From: Lachnospiraceae bacterium UBA3692
GTDB lineage: Bacteria > Bacillota > Clostridia > Lachnospirales > Lachnospiraceae
Assembly: GCA_002372815.1 (NCBI GenBank)
Contig: DFIR01000003.1
Coordinates: forward strand, 9,837-73,836
DNA: 64,000 bases
Direction: 5' to 3'
Within the stretch, counting starts at the first letter, position 1, and each line of letters starts with the position of its first letter. The notes under the pieces were generated by a model. The model did not search any database. It was not told the DNA's origin and saw only the letters and a program-made list of their open reading frames with translations. Shown here in pieces: positions 19,901 to 30,341 of the stretch. Made by a program: the position numbers and the translations under genes.

Positions 19901-20097
19901 ATTCATCCACCTGCTTTCTTCATTGAGTATGACTAAAAATTGTTGCGGACGCGCAGTGTTTTTGCGCATACTTCCTAAAAACAATATATAGACTTTCGGG
20001 GGCACTGTCAATCAAATTGCTGTACCTGCCATTGTGCAGAGGTACAAAAAATGCTAGAGTAAGGACAGGATGGGAACATTTCGGAATCGAGGCAGGA

Positions 20098-21666
20098 ATG
20101 ATCGTAAATTACAGCGAATGGTACACAGAACATGAGAGCAAGCTGCTGAGCGCCCTGGCGGAGCGGACGCGCGACGGGCAGGATCCGTCCTATGAGATCC
20201 TGCGCTACTCTCATTTAAAGAACTATATCCTCTCCGGGGAGAAGAGGCCGGAGATCCTGATCGTGCACGACGACGACGGAGAGCTGTCCGCACCGGCGGT
20301 GCGGCTGATCCTTGATTATTTCATCGATCATCCGGACGTGCACCTCGTGTACGGGGACGAGGACAGACGGCGGGAGGACGGCACGTACACGGCACCGTGG
20401 ATGAAGCCTGACTGGTCGCCGGACACCTTCCTCTCCACCTTTTACTTCGGCAATGTGATCGCCCTCCGGTCGGAGGCACTGCTGCTGATCAACCCGGGGC
20501 TCCGCAGGGCCGAGGACATCGAGATCGCGTCGGCCAGACAGAAGGACCGCCGGGACGAGGAGCTCGCCAGGACCAATGAGGACGACGATCCGATGCGCGA
20601 GTGGATCTACGGGAAGGTGTGCCTAAAACTGGCGCAGGCGGACGGCGGCTTCGAGCGCAGGAGCCGGAAAGCGGTCGCCGGCGGACAGTTCCCCATCGGC
20701 CACATCCAGGAGGTCCTGTTCCACGCGTCCTCCAAAGTCTCCCTCTGGGACGGGCGGCTCATCCACGGATCGCTCACCGGCAGGTACAGCCGCGAGAGCG
20801 CGGCGACCCGCCTGATCAGCATCATCCTCCCGAGCCGGGACAATCCTGCCATGCTGGAGGACTGCGCCCGCTCCATCGAGGCGCACACGACCGTGCCGCA
20901 CGAGATCATCATCGTCGACAACGGCAGCAGCGAGGAGAACCGCCGCCGTGTGGAGCGCCTGGTGGAGGAGCTGAACGAGAACGGACACGCCGTCTATATC
21001 TATGAGCCCGGGCCCTTCAACATGGCCGGCTTCATGAACCGCGGCGCGAGGGAGGCCGGCGGGGAGATGCTGCTCTTCCTGCACGACGACGTGGAGATCC
21101 ACACCGACGGCTGGCTGTCCCATCTGTCGGAGAAGGCCAAGCTGCCTTACGTCGGCGCCGTCGGCATCAAGCTTCTCTATCCGGATTCGGACGTCATCCA
21201 GCACGCCGGCATCCTGATGGCGGGCGGCGTCCCGGTCAACAGGCTCCGGCTCAAGCAGAACTCGGAGTCCCACCACTTCGATTTCAACAAAGGGGTGCGG
21301 AACGTCCTCGCGGTGAGCGGCGCCTGCATGATGGTGCGCAGGGAAGTGTTTGCGGAGGCGGGCGGCTTCGACGAGGAGCGGTTCCCGGACTGCTGCAGCG
21401 ACATCGACTTCTGCCTGCGGCTCTTCGAACTCGGCTATTACAACGTGGTGCGCAACAACATGTACCTGCACTACCACGAGCACGGATCCATCGAGAATGA
21501 GCAGACCAAGGAGGAGCGTCTCACGCGGCTGCCGCAGGAGCGGCAGGCCCTCCGGCAGCTCCACCCCAGGCTCATGCGGGAGGATCCTTATTACCACAAG
21601 TACTTTACGACGGACCCTTCGGAGAAGCGGTTCCGCGTGGACATCACGGATACAGACGTGCGATGA
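20098..21666 (+). CDS. Glycosyltransferase family 2 (two GT-A domains)
   Basis: VYGDED...KPDWSPD; ISIILPSRD...IIIVDNGS...LLFLHDDVE; AVSGACMM; DIDFCLR. Confidence 0.9.
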   Translation: MIVNYSEWYTEHESKLLSALAERTRDGQDPSYEILRYSHLKNYILSGEKRPEILIVHDDDGELSAPAVRLILDYFIDHPDVHLVYGDEDRRREDGTYTAPWMKPDWSPDTFLSTFYFGNVIALRSEALLLINPGLRRAEDIEIASARQKDRRDEELARTNEDDDPMREWIYGKVCLKLAQADGGFERRSRKAVAGGQFPIGHIQEVLFHASSKVSLWDGRLIHGSLTGRYSRESAATRLISIILPSRDNPAMLEDCARSIEAHTTVPHEIIIVDNGSSEENRRRVERLVEELNENGHAVYIYEPGPFNMAGFMNRGAREAGGEMLLFLHDDVEIHTDGWLSHLSEKAKLPYVGAVGIKLLYPDSDVIQHAGILMAGGVPVNRLRLKQNSESHHFDFNKGVRNVLAVSGACMMVRREVFAEAGGFDEERFPDCCSDIDFCLRLFELGYYNVVRNNMYLHYHEHGSIENEQTKEERLTRLPQERQALRQLHPRLMREDPYYHKYFTTDPSEKRFRVDITDTDVR

Positions 21667-21697
21667 GCCCGGCCGCGGGCGGGAGTGAGGCGCCAAA

Positions 21698-23176
21698 GTG
21701 GCAGACTTCAGAAAAATGGCAGGCAATATGATCTCCGGGATCGGCAACGCGGCCGGGAAGGCCGTCGGCGCCGTGGCCGGGGGGATCCGGAAAGGCGGGC
21801 GCGGCATCGGTGCTGCGGCTGCCCGCGCGGCAGGCGCCGGAAAGAAAGCCGCGGAAGCTGCCAGAGGCGCTGTGGCGGGCGCTGCCAACTCGGCATCGCA
21901 CGCGGCGTCGGAAGTGGCGGCCGCGGCGGCGGGAGACCGCTATGTCTACGCGCCGCCGGCGCAGGCGGTCCTGGATGAGCAGAGAGAGATCTCCCGGCGG
22001 CTGGGAGAGGGCGAGAGCCCCTCGGAAGTCCTGGGCGACGAGGTCTCGCTGCCGGACAATGCGTATGCGCCTGTTTTCTCGGTGATCATCACGACCAATG
22101 AGCCGACACTGCGGCATTTCGAGAGGACGCTCAGCTCCGTCCTGCTGCAGACATACGGGCAGTTCGAGATCATCGTCGCGGACAGGAGCCTGACGGGCGG
22201 CGTGCGGGAGCTCCTGCAGTACTATCCGGACAACAGGATCCGCTATCTGTCCCTTGCGGGCTGCAGGGGAGAGGCCCAGGTGCTCAATACGGCGGCCAGA
22301 AACTGCATCGGCGACTACCTCCTCCGCGCGGAAGTGGGCGACCTGCTCACGGCGGACGCGCTCTTTGAGATCTTCCTCTATCTCGTGCGGACGAATGCCG
22401 AACTGGTATACACGGACGAGGACCACATCGACTCTTCGGGGAGAAAACAGTACATCCCCGACCGCAAGCCCGGCTTCAACAAGGACTATCTGCTGAGCAC
22501 CAACTACATCGGCCACCTGCTGGCGGTCCGGCGCGAGCTGTTCCTGGCGCTGAAATGCCGCCGGGAATTCGAGGGAGCGCTGGATTATGACCTGATGCTG
22601 CGGGCGCCGAAGTCCGCGGTCGGCCACATCGCGAAGATCCTGTACCACAGTACGGGCGTCACCGCGGCGGAGCGGGAGCCCGAGGAGGGCAGGATCCGGG
22701 AGGCCGGCAGGGCCGCGCTCCAGGCCTATTTCCGCGAGCGCAGGATCCCCGCGGAGGTGTCGTCGGAGGATGGCAGCCGCCTCTACACGGTGCGGTATGC
22801 GCCGGATATTTTTACGGCGAGAAGTGACGTGGGAATCGTGGGCGGCAAGGTGCTGAACAGGCGCCACCGCATCGCCGGCGGCATGATGGACAGCGCCGGC
22901 CGCGTCATGTTCGAAGGCTGGGACGAGGCCGAAGGAGGCCCCTTCGACCGCGCGCTGACGGTACAGGATGCCATCGCGGTCGATGTGCGCTGCATGCACG
23001 TGCGGCCGGAGCTCCAGGGACTCTACACGGGGATCTTCGGAGACCCGGAGGACCCCGGGCACCTCAGCGGACGCAGCGAAGAGGACCTGATGGCGGACAG
23101 CCTCCGCTTCTGCAGGATGGTGCGCGAGATGGGCTACCTGGTCGTGTGGGACCCGGGCATGATCAGCGTACAGTGA
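21698..23176 (+). CDS. Glycosyltransferase family 2 with Ala/Gly-rich N-terminal extension
   Basis: FSVIITT...SVLLQTY...IIVAD; VYTDED; KPGFNKDYLLSTNYIGHL; DYDLMLR. Confidence 0.85.
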   Translation: MADFRKMAGNMISGIGNAAGKAVGAVAGGIRKGGRGIGAAAARAAGAGKKAAEAARGAVAGAANSASHAASEVAAAAAGDRYVYAPPAQAVLDEQREISRRLGEGESPSEVLGDEVSLPDNAYAPVFSVIITTNEPTLRHFERTLSSVLLQTYGQFEIIVADRSLTGGVRELLQYYPDNRIRYLSLAGCRGEAQVLNTAARNCIGDYLLRAEVGDLLTADALFEIFLYLVRTNAELVYTDEDHIDSSGRKQYIPDRKPGFNKDYLLSTNYIGHLLAVRRELFLALKCRREFEGALDYDLMLRAPKSAVGHIAKILYHSTGVTAAEREPEEGRIREAGRAALQAYFRERRIPAEVSSEDGSRLYTVRYAPDIFTARSDVGIVGGKVLNRRHRIAGGMMDSAGRVMFEGWDEAEGGPFDRALTVQDAIAVDVRCMHVRPELQGLYTGIFGDPEDPGHLSGRSEEDLMADSLRFCRMVREMGYLVVWDPGMISVQ

Positions 23177-23207
23177 GCGCAGCGGGAGAGAAGGGAAGAG
23201 ACGGAAG

Positions 23208-24302
23208 ATGACAGAAGGCCAGACAGATGTCCGCATGTGGGTCACGGCGGTCATCCTCATGGGAGAAGATACAAGAGATCCGGATGCCTGCATCCGCTCG
23301 CTGCTGCGCGGGACTTATGTCCCCGGCATACTGATCGTCGATGACAGCGCGGGGCGGCTTCCGGAGGAGACATATAAGGAGAAATATCCGGGGATCACGA
23401 TCTTCCGGACCGGCCTGAAAACCGGCAAGTGGCATGCCGCCAACTGCGGTCTGCACCTGGTCCGCACCCCCTATGCGCTGCTCCTGTCCCCCGACGTACA
23501 GGCGGGCAGGTCCATGACGGAGCGCCTGCTCGACGCCATGCTCGCCGAGGAGAGGTGCTACGCCGCACAGGCGCGGATCGTGCGCGCCGGGGAGCCGGGG
23601 AGGACCGAGAGCACAGGCGTCCTGCTCAGCGCCGCCGGGCAGGTCGGCCGCAGGGACAGAGGCCGGACGGCGAAAGGGTTTCGTCCCGGGACGGTCTTCG
23701 CCCCCGACGTGCGGGCGGCCATGTTCAGCATGAACGCGATCGAGGACATCGGGCTGTTCGACGAGCGTCTCACGGGCATCGCCGCGGAAGCGGACCTGGG
23801 ATGCCGCGCGCAGCGCATCGACGGAAAGTGCCTCTTCGTGCCGGGAGCCCGCGCCGGGATCTCAGAGGAAGGAAGCCTGCGGGACAGTGCGGATGACCCG
23901 CACGCCGCCGCAGAGGCGCTCTACGTGCTGGATAAGAACCTCCCGGCACCGCTGCTGGCGCTCTGTGCACCGGCCAGGGCGGCCGGCACACGGCTGCTGC
24001 GGAAGCGGTATGCGCAGGGCGGGGACGACACGATCTGGCAGAAGGCGATTGAGAGAAGCCGTTCGCTCAGCGCGGTGAGGATCCGGGAGGACCTGCTGCG
24101 GGAAGCCGGCGTCTCCGTCACCAAACAGCCGCTGCCGGAGGAATCGCTGACCCGGCCGGAGGACCCGGCCTGCGGGAAGGTCTACCCTCTCTATGTCGGG
24201 ACCGGCATGCGGACGGAGGCGGGGGACCTGCCTTCCGTGGCGCGTCTGGCCTGGCAGCTGGTCCGGAACATTCCGGGTGCGGCCCGCCGGACAGAGAACT
24301 GA
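23208..24302 (+). CDS. Glycosyltransferase family 2-like protein (divergent)
   Basis: ILIVDDS, AANCGL...YALLLSPD, IGLFDE...EADLGCRA. Confidence 0.75.
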   Translation: MTEGQTDVRMWVTAVILMGEDTRDPDACIRSLLRGTYVPGILIVDDSAGRLPEETYKEKYPGITIFRTGLKTGKWHAANCGLHLVRTPYALLLSPDVQAGRSMTERLLDAMLAEERCYAAQARIVRAGEPGRTESTGVLLSAAGQVGRRDRGRTAKGFRPGTVFAPDVRAAMFSMNAIEDIGLFDERLTGIAAEADLGCRAQRIDGKCLFVPGARAGISEEGSLRDSADDPHAAAEALYVLDKNLPAPLLALCAPARAAGTRLLRKRYAQGGDDTIWQKAIERSRSLSAVRIREDLLREAGVSVTKQPLPEESLTRPEDPACGKVYPLYVGTGMRTEAGDLPSVARLAWQLVRNIPGAARRTEN

Positions 24303-24599
24303 GGACAGAGGAGTGCCCGGACACCTCACGGCGCCCGGGCGATTATGAAAAATATATATTTGCAACATCCCTTCTGACTATATTTATAGCAAATATTTAT
24401 GAACAAACCGTGAACACACCATGAACGGACTGTAAACTGCTATAAAAATGGATGAATCGGAAAGAGTTTTTGTGTAAAATGCATAATAAAAAACGGGCGT
24501 TGTCTTAAGCTCCCCGGAATGATATGATAGCGGGGACCAGAAAGACATTGCAGAACCGTACAGACAGCACACCGGCCGGGAAGGCCGAAGGGGGCACGG

Positions 24600-25217
24600 A
24601 TGGAAGCAGCAAGGATCCTTGAGAATGCGGGACCGAAGATCGATCTTTACGATCCGGATCAGATGATCCGGGCCAACGGCGCGGCGGAGGCCGCCCAGAC
24701 GGACCGCCTCAAGGCGGAAGTCGAAGACTATACACGCGCGGCGGAGGAGCTGAAGAGCCTCTGCGAGCGCAACCAGGAGCTGGTACAGAAGCTGCAGTTC
24801 ATGAACCGCAGCGCCGGAGACGAGTACAGGCGCCTGCTCGAAGAGAACAACACGCGCATCGAGGAGAAGCTGGCGCAGCTGCAGAGCTTCGACACGACGA
24901 TGCTGGAGAGCCGGATCATCGAGGCGGTGGCGGATGCCCAGCGGCAGAACGCTTTCCTCATCGAGAACTCCGACGCGGCGGCGCACAAGGACCACGTGCG
25001 CGTCTACCGCAACGTGCAGGCATCCGTGATCGCCGAACTCGCGAAGCAGACCGAACAGCTGAGCGCGGAGCTGGCCGTCCTGAAGGAACAGACCGCCCCG
25101 GATGCGGAGGCGGACAAGCGCGGGAGGATCTCCTACAGACTGCTGATCGCCCTTCTGGCGGTGCAGCTGATTGAAGGCGCCGGCCTCGCGGCCCTGCTCC
25201 TGCATTTCCTGCACTGA
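24600..25217 (+). CDS. Hypothetical coiled-coil protein with C-terminal TM helix
   Basis: QMIRANGAAEA, HKDHVRVYRNVQA motifs; host-like codon use. Confidence 0.7.
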   Translation: MEAARILENAGPKIDLYDPDQMIRANGAAEAAQTDRLKAEVEDYTRAAEELKSLCERNQELVQKLQFMNRSAGDEYRRLLEENNTRIEEKLAQLQSFDTTMLESRIIEAVADAQRQNAFLIENSDAAAHKDHVRVYRNVQASVIAELAKQTEQLSAELAVLKEQTAPDAEADKRGRISYRLLIALLAVQLIEGAGLAALLLHFLH

Positions 25218-25239
25218 GCCGCCGATACAGGGGAACGAC

Positions 25240-25884
25240 ATGGAACGCACTTACTGGAAACCGGCCAACATGCTGAATCCCGCACCGGCGGCCCTGATCT
25301 GCAGCATGGATGAGGACGGGCGCAGGAATATCATGACCGCCGCCTGGGCGGGGACGGTCTGCAGCGACCCGGTCATGATCTCCGTATCGATCCGGCCTGA
25401 GAGATATTCGTACGGGATCATCAAGAGGACCGAGGAATTCGTGCTGAGCCTGACCAACCGGAAGCTCGCGTACGCGACAGACCTGTGCGGCGTAAGGTCC
25501 GGCAGGGACCTGGACAAGTTCGCGCACCTGGGACTCACGGAGGCGCCGTCGCGGACCATCCGCACGCCGGGGATCGCGGAGAGCCCCGTGAACCTGGAAT
25601 GCCGGGTCCGGCAGATGATCCCCCTCGGAACGCACACAATGTTCCTGGCGGAGGTGACGGGCGTCAACGTGGACAGCGCGCTCCTGGACGAGCGCGGAAG
25701 GCTGCAGCTGGACCGGGCCGACCTCCTTTCCTACGTCCACGGGGAATATTTCACACTCGGGGAAAAAGTCGGAAAATTCGGGTATTCTGTCAGAAAACGG
25801 AAGGACCGGCACCGGGACAGGACGGAAAAACCGCAGAAAGACACCAAAAACGGCAGCTCCCGGCGGGGCGGAGGCGGCGCCTGA
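25240..25884 (+). CDS. Flavin reductase family protein
   Basis: NIMTAAWAGTVCSDP...RPERYS...CGVRSGRDLDKF...ESPVNLECRV...LGTHTMF. Confidence 0.9.
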   Translation: MERTYWKPANMLNPAPAALICSMDEDGRRNIMTAAWAGTVCSDPVMISVSIRPERYSYGIIKRTEEFVLSLTNRKLAYATDLCGVRSGRDLDKFAHLGLTEAPSRTIRTPGIAESPVNLECRVRQMIPLGTHTMFLAEVTGVNVDSALLDERGRLQLDRADLLSYVHGEYFTLGEKVGKFGYSVRKRKDRHRDRTEKPQKDTKNGSSRRGGGGA

Positions 25885-26023
25885 GGGACGGCCGCGAGGT
25901 TTGACAGTTTCTGCAGAAAGCGGTATGCTATTACTGACTTTGCTTAGGCGATATTTCCCGCGATTTTGAGTTCTGCGACGCTTCATCCGCAGACAGACGC
26001 AGGTGGACATATTGAGGGACTCT

Positions 26024-27322
26024 ATGGAACATTACGTTATCAAAGGCGGTAACGCGCTGTCCGGTGAAGTGGAGATCGCAGGCGCCAAGAACGCTGCGCT
26101 GGCGATCCTCGCCGCTTCGATCATGACCAACGAGACCGTGACGGTCGAGAACGTGCCGGACGTCAGCGATATCCGCGCGATCCTGAAAGTGATCGCAACG
26201 ATCGGCGCGCATGTGGAACAGATCGACCGGCACACTTTCCGGATCAACGGCTCCGCAATCAAGAAGGGAGAGCCCGTCGACAATGAGCTGGTCCGCGAGA
26301 TCCGCGGTTCCTATTATCTGATCGGTTCTCTTCTCGGCAAGTACGGAAAGGCCGCAGTGGCGCTTCCGGGCGGCTGCAACATCGGACTCCGTCCGATCGA
26401 CCAGCACATCAAAGGCTTCCGTGCCCTCGGCGCGGATGTGCGTCTCGTCTCCCCCGGCATGGTCGTCGCGGAGGCGGAGGAGCTGACCGCAGCCCACATC
26501 TATATGGACGTCGTGTCCGTCGGCGCGACCATCAACGTCATGATGGCGGCGGTGAAGGCACACGGCTATACGATCATCGAGAACGCGGCGAGAGAGCCGC
26601 ATGTCGTCGATCTCGCGAACTTCCTCAACAGCATGGGCGCGAAGATCAAAGGCGCGGGCACGGACGTGATCCGCATCCGCGGCGTGGAGTATCTGCACGG
26701 GACGAACTATTCGATCATCCCCGACCAGATCGAAGCCGGAACCTTCATGTTCGCGGCAGCTGCCACGAAGGGCGACATCACCATCAAGAACGTGATCCCC
26801 AAGCACCTGGAGTCCATCAGCGCGAAGCTCACCGAGGTCGGATGTCAGATCCGCGAGTCGGGCGACGCGGTCCGCGTGGTCGCCAACCGGCGGCTCCTGC
26901 ACACCAATGTCAAGACGCTGCCGTATCCCGGTTTTCCCACGGATATGCAGCCGCAGATCACCGTCCTGCTGGGCCTCTGCAAGGGCATCAGCATCGTGAC
27001 GGAGAGCATCTTCGAGAACCGCTTCAAATACGTGGACGAGCTCACCAAGATGGGAGCCTCGATCACGGTGGAAGGCAACACCGCCATCATCGACGGCGTT
27101 GAGAAATACACAGGCGCGAACATGGACAGCCCGGACCTCCGCGCGGGGGCGGCGCTCGTGATCGCGGCACTTGCAGCAGAGGGCGATTCGGAGATCTACA
27201 AGATCCACTACATCGAGAGAGGCTACGAGGACTTCCCCGAGAAGCTCCGCCACCTCGGCGCAGAGATCCGCAAGGTCGACGATGAGAACCAGAGGCGCCG
27301 GTTCCAGTACAGGATCAGCTGA
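26024..27322 (+). CDS. murA: UDP-N-acetylglucosamine 1-carboxyvinyltransferase
   Basis: GAKNAALAIL, LPGGCNIGLRPIDQH, PYPGFPTDMQ, DLRAGAAL, IERGYE. Confidence 0.97.
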   Translation: MEHYVIKGGNALSGEVEIAGAKNAALAILAASIMTNETVTVENVPDVSDIRAILKVIATIGAHVEQIDRHTFRINGSAIKKGEPVDNELVREIRGSYYLIGSLLGKYGKAAVALPGGCNIGLRPIDQHIKGFRALGADVRLVSPGMVVAEAEELTAAHIYMDVVSVGATINVMMAAVKAHGYTIIENAAREPHVVDLANFLNSMGAKIKGAGTDVIRIRGVEYLHGTNYSIIPDQIEAGTFMFAAAATKGDITIKNVIPKHLESISAKLTEVGCQIRESGDAVRVVANRRLLHTNVKTLPYPGFPTDMQPQITVLLGLCKGISIVTESIFENRFKYVDELTKMGASITVEGNTAIIDGVEKYTGANMDSPDLRAGAALVIAALAAEGDSEIYKIHYIERGYEDFPEKLRHLGAEIRKVDDENQRRRFQYRIS

Positions 27323-27361
27323 TCCTTTCCGGGAACCCACATACAACTGAATAGATATTTG

Positions 27362-27470
27362 AATTTTCGGGGCAGGGTGCAATTCCCTACTGGCGGTACA
27401 GTCCGCGAACCGCTTCGGCGGCCGACCCGGTGCAACTCCGGGACCAACAGTATAGTCTGGATGGAAGAAA
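27362..27470 (+). ncRNA. FMN riboswitch (RFN element)
   Basis: ttcggggcagggtgcaattccctactggcggt...agtccgcga...gacccggtgcaactccgggaccaacagtatagtctggatggaagaa matches the RFN consensus; upstream of RibU. Confidence 0.95.
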
Positions 27471-27527
27471 CTTCAAAGTCTCAGTCAGGTACAGACCGGT
27501 TCATGCGGTCTGCTTTCCGCGGACAGA

Positions 27528-27562
27528 CTGCCCCGTACAGATGATTCTGTGCGGGGCTCTTT
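27528..27562 (+). terminator. Attenuator terminator of the FMN riboswitch leader
   Basis: gccccgtacaga-tgat-tctgtgcggggc followed by tctttt. Confidence 0.75.
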
Positions 27563-27717
27563 TATGCGGCGGACGGGTTTTGAAGGTCTCGGCATGAAAG
27601 AGGAGAGGACACGGACCGCGCGAGGCGCCGGTGCGGAACGCTGTCCGGCACCGCAGGCGGAGGCGCCCGCGGTGTGTCTGTCGCGCACAGCAGTATGTGC
27701 GGGAAAGGAAGGCAGTT

Positions 27718-28470
27718 ATGGGAAACGGACTTATGCAGGCAGTGGCGGACAACGCGGGCTTCGTGCTCGTGTGTCTCCTGACGGTCGTCATCCTCGTCGG
27801 CATCGCGTATGCCTTTGAGAAGGCCGCCGTATTGAAGAACGGGAGCCGGGAGCGCATCCTCGCGACGCGCAAGATCGTCATGATCGGCATGTTCAGCGCG
27901 GTCGCGGGCATCCTCTACTGCTTCGACTTCGGCGTCCCGTTCGCGCCCGGTTTCTACAAGGTGGACTTCAGCGAGCTGCCGGCGCTGATCGCCGGATTCG
28001 CCTTCGGACCGGTGGCGGGCGTGCTCGTGGAGTTCCTCAAGCAGGTCGTGAAGCTCCTGCTCAAGTCGACCAGCACGGCCTTCGTCGGGGACCTGGCCAA
28101 CTTCCTGGTCGGCAGCATGCTGGTGCTGCCCGCGTCGATCATCTACCGGTTTAAGAAATCACGCTCGACAGCTATGATCGCATGCACTGTCGGCACCGTC
28201 ATCATGACCGTCTTCGGCACCTGGTTCAACGCGATCTACCTCCTGCCGACCTTCTCGAAGCTCTTCGGCATGCCGCTGGACGCCATCCTCGGGATGGGCA
28301 CCGCGATCAATCCGAACGTGACGGACATCACGTCCTTCGTCATCTGGATGGTCGCGCCGCTGAACCTCCTCAAGGGCAGCGTGATCTCCGTCCTCACGAT
28401 GCTGGTCTACAAGAAGATCAGCCCGATCATCAAGTACGGCGCCTCTGGACAGGAGAGCGCGACGGCCTGA
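27718..28470 (+). CDS. ribU: ECF transporter S component, riboflavin-specific
   Basis: KVDFSELPALIAGFAFGPVAGVLVE...VGDLANF...PLNLLKG; downstream of FMN riboswitch. Confidence 0.9.
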   Translation: MGNGLMQAVADNAGFVLVCLLTVVILVGIAYAFEKAAVLKNGSRERILATRKIVMIGMFSAVAGILYCFDFGVPFAPGFYKVDFSELPALIAGFAFGPVAGVLVEFLKQVVKLLLKSTSTAFVGDLANFLVGSMLVLPASIIYRFKKSRSTAMIACTVGTVIMTVFGTWFNAIYLLPTFSKLFGMPLDAILGMGTAINPNVTDITSFVIWMVAPLNLLKGSVISVLTMLVYKKISPIIKYGASGQESATA

Positions 28471-28503
28471 GCGGGGAGACCGCCCGTCGACATCGTATCA
28501 CTG

Positions 28504-28544
28504 CAGCCGGCACAGCGGACATCGGAGCTGTGCCGGCTGTTTCT
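28504..28544 (+). terminator. Intrinsic terminator after ribU
   Basis: cagccggcacagc...gctgtgccggctg followed by tttct. Confidence 0.65.
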
Positions 28545-28642
28545 GCGCGGGCCGAAGTGCCCTGCCGCACAATATGTCTTGTTCAGAGAGGCCGGAAAGC
28601 GTATAATTAAATACTACTTTTTTCTGAAATGAGGGAATAACA

Positions 28643-29086
28643 TTGAGCAAGCAGATCATGGAGAGCCACAGCCGGGAGGAGACCCTGGCGATCGGCAGGA
28701 AGCTCGGAGAGGCTGCGCAGGCCGGGGAGATCTACGCCCTGGCAGGGGACCTGGGGACGGGCAAGACCGTCTTCTCGAAAGGCTTCGCGGAAGGGCTGGG
28801 CGTCACGGAGACGGTCAGCTCGCCGACGTTTACGATCCTGCAGATCTACGAGGACGGACGGCTGCCGCTCTATCACTTTGATGTCTACCGGATCGAGGAG
28901 CCCGAGGAGATGGAAGAGGTCGGCCTCGACGAATATCTGGAGGGGGACGGCGTCTGCCTGATCGAGTGGCCGGAGCGGATCGCGGAGATGCTCCCGGCGC
29001 AGGTCCGCACGGTGCGGATCGAGAAGGACCCGGAGAGGGATCCCTCCTGGCGGCGCATCACGATCTCGGATACAGAAGGAAACTGA
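28643..29086 (+). CDS. tsaE: tRNA threonylcarbamoyladenosine biosynthesis ATPase
   Basis: GDLGTGKT, VSSPTF, LYHFDVYRI, LIEWPE. Confidence 0.96.
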   Translation: MSKQIMESHSREETLAIGRKLGEAAQAGEIYALAGDLGTGKTVFSKGFAEGLGVTETVSSPTFTILQIYEDGRLPLYHFDVYRIEEPEEMEEVGLDEYLEGDGVCLIEWPERIAEMLPAQVRTVRIEKDPERDPSWRRITISDTEGN

Positions 29087-29103
29087 AAGGAATGTTCACG
29101 GAT

Positions 29104-29871
29104 ATGAAGATCTTTGCGATCGAAGCCTCCGGGCCGGTGGCGGCGTGCGCGCTGCTGGACGGGGAGACACTTGTCGCGGAATACAGCGTGCAGTTTCAGA
29201 AGAAACACTCACAGAGCCTCGTGCCGATGATGGCGGCGGTCCGGGACCTCGTAGGCCTGGATCTCAAGGAGATCGATGCCATCGCCATCACGGAGGGACC
29301 GGGATCCTTCACGGGACTCCGGATCGGGGCGGCCACGGCCAAGGGCCTCGGACTGGCGATCGAAAGACCGATCCTGCCGGTGCCTACGGTGGACGCCATC
29401 GCCTGCAACATGTGGGGCGCGAGAGGGCTCGTATGCCCCATGATGGACGCGCGCCGGCAGCAGGTCTACACCGGGATCTACCGGTTCCCGGTGGGCGGCG
29501 GAGAGCAGACAGCGCCGACGGGCGGCATGGAGATCCTGTACCCGCAGTGCGTGACCGACCTGGAGGTCATCCTGGATAAAGTCATGGAGATCGCGGCGGA
29601 GACAGGCGAGACGGAGGTCACCCTGCTCGGAGACGGTGTGCCGGTGTACGGCGCCCGCGCCATGGAGATCCTCGACGGGAAGCTCACCTGCCGGTTCGCG
29701 CCGCCGCACATGTCGAGACAGCGGGCCGCCGCGACGGCGGTGCGCGCCGCGCAGATCTATGCGGAGCAAGGCGCGTCCTGCCTCGTGCCGGCCGACGATT
29801 TCCGGCCGGTCTACCTGCGCCTGTCGCAGGCGGAGCAGGAGCACAGCGAGCGAAGGGACTACCGCATATGA
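29104..29871 (+). CDS. tsaB: t6A biosynthesis protein TsaB
   Basis: MKIFAIEAS, HSQSL, GPGSFTGLRIG, MDARRQQVY, PVYLRLSQAE. Confidence 0.95.
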   Translation: MKIFAIEASGPVAACALLDGETLVAEYSVQFQKKHSQSLVPMMAAVRDLVGLDLKEIDAIAITEGPGSFTGLRIGAATAKGLGLAIERPILPVPTVDAIACNMWGARGLVCPMMDARRQQVYTGIYRFPVGGGEQTAPTGGMEILYPQCVTDLEVILDKVMEIAAETGETEVTLLGDGVPVYGARAMEILDGKLTCRFAPPHMSRQRAAATAVRAAQIYAEQGASCLVPADDFRPVYLRLSQAEQEHSERRDYRI

Positions 29872-30341
29872 TCGGGGGTGAGAACGTCCGGATCGAGGCG
29901 ATGACGATGGCGGACCTGGACGGCGCGCTGGCCGTGGAGCAGGCCTGCTTCCGGGACGCCTGGTCCAGAGAAGTGTATCACGCGACGCTGCTGCTGCCGT
30001 ATGTGCGGTATTTTGCCGCGAAGGACGGAGACGGGCAGGTGGTCGGGACACTCGGCCTGCGCCTGATCGCCGGCGAGGGCGAGATCACGAACGTGGCGGT
30101 CCTGCCCCGGTGGCGGGGCCTGGGGATCGCCGGCAGGATGATGGAAGCGGCCCTGCGGGAAGGCGGAGAGAACGGACTCGAGGCCTACACGCTGGAAGTG
30201 CGCGCCTCCAACCGGGCGGCGATCGCGGTCTATGAGCGCTGCGGGTTCCGCACGGAAGGGATCCGGAGAGACTTCTATACAGAGCCCAGGGAGGATGCCC
30301 TCATCATGTGGCTCAGAAAAGGAAAGACGGTACAGCTATGA
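29868..30341 (+). CDS. rimI: Ribosomal-protein-alanine N-acetyltransferase
   Basis: EITNVAV, RGLGIA, TLEVRASN, RRDFYTEPREDALIMW. Confidence 0.93.
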   Translation: MIGGENVRIEAMTMADLDGALAVEQACFRDAWSREVYHATLLLPYVRYFAAKDGDGQVVGTLGLRLIAGEGEITNVAVLPRWRGLGIAGRMMEAALREGGENGLEAYTLEVRASNRAAIAVYERCGFRTEGIRRDFYTEPREDALIMWLRKGKTVQL

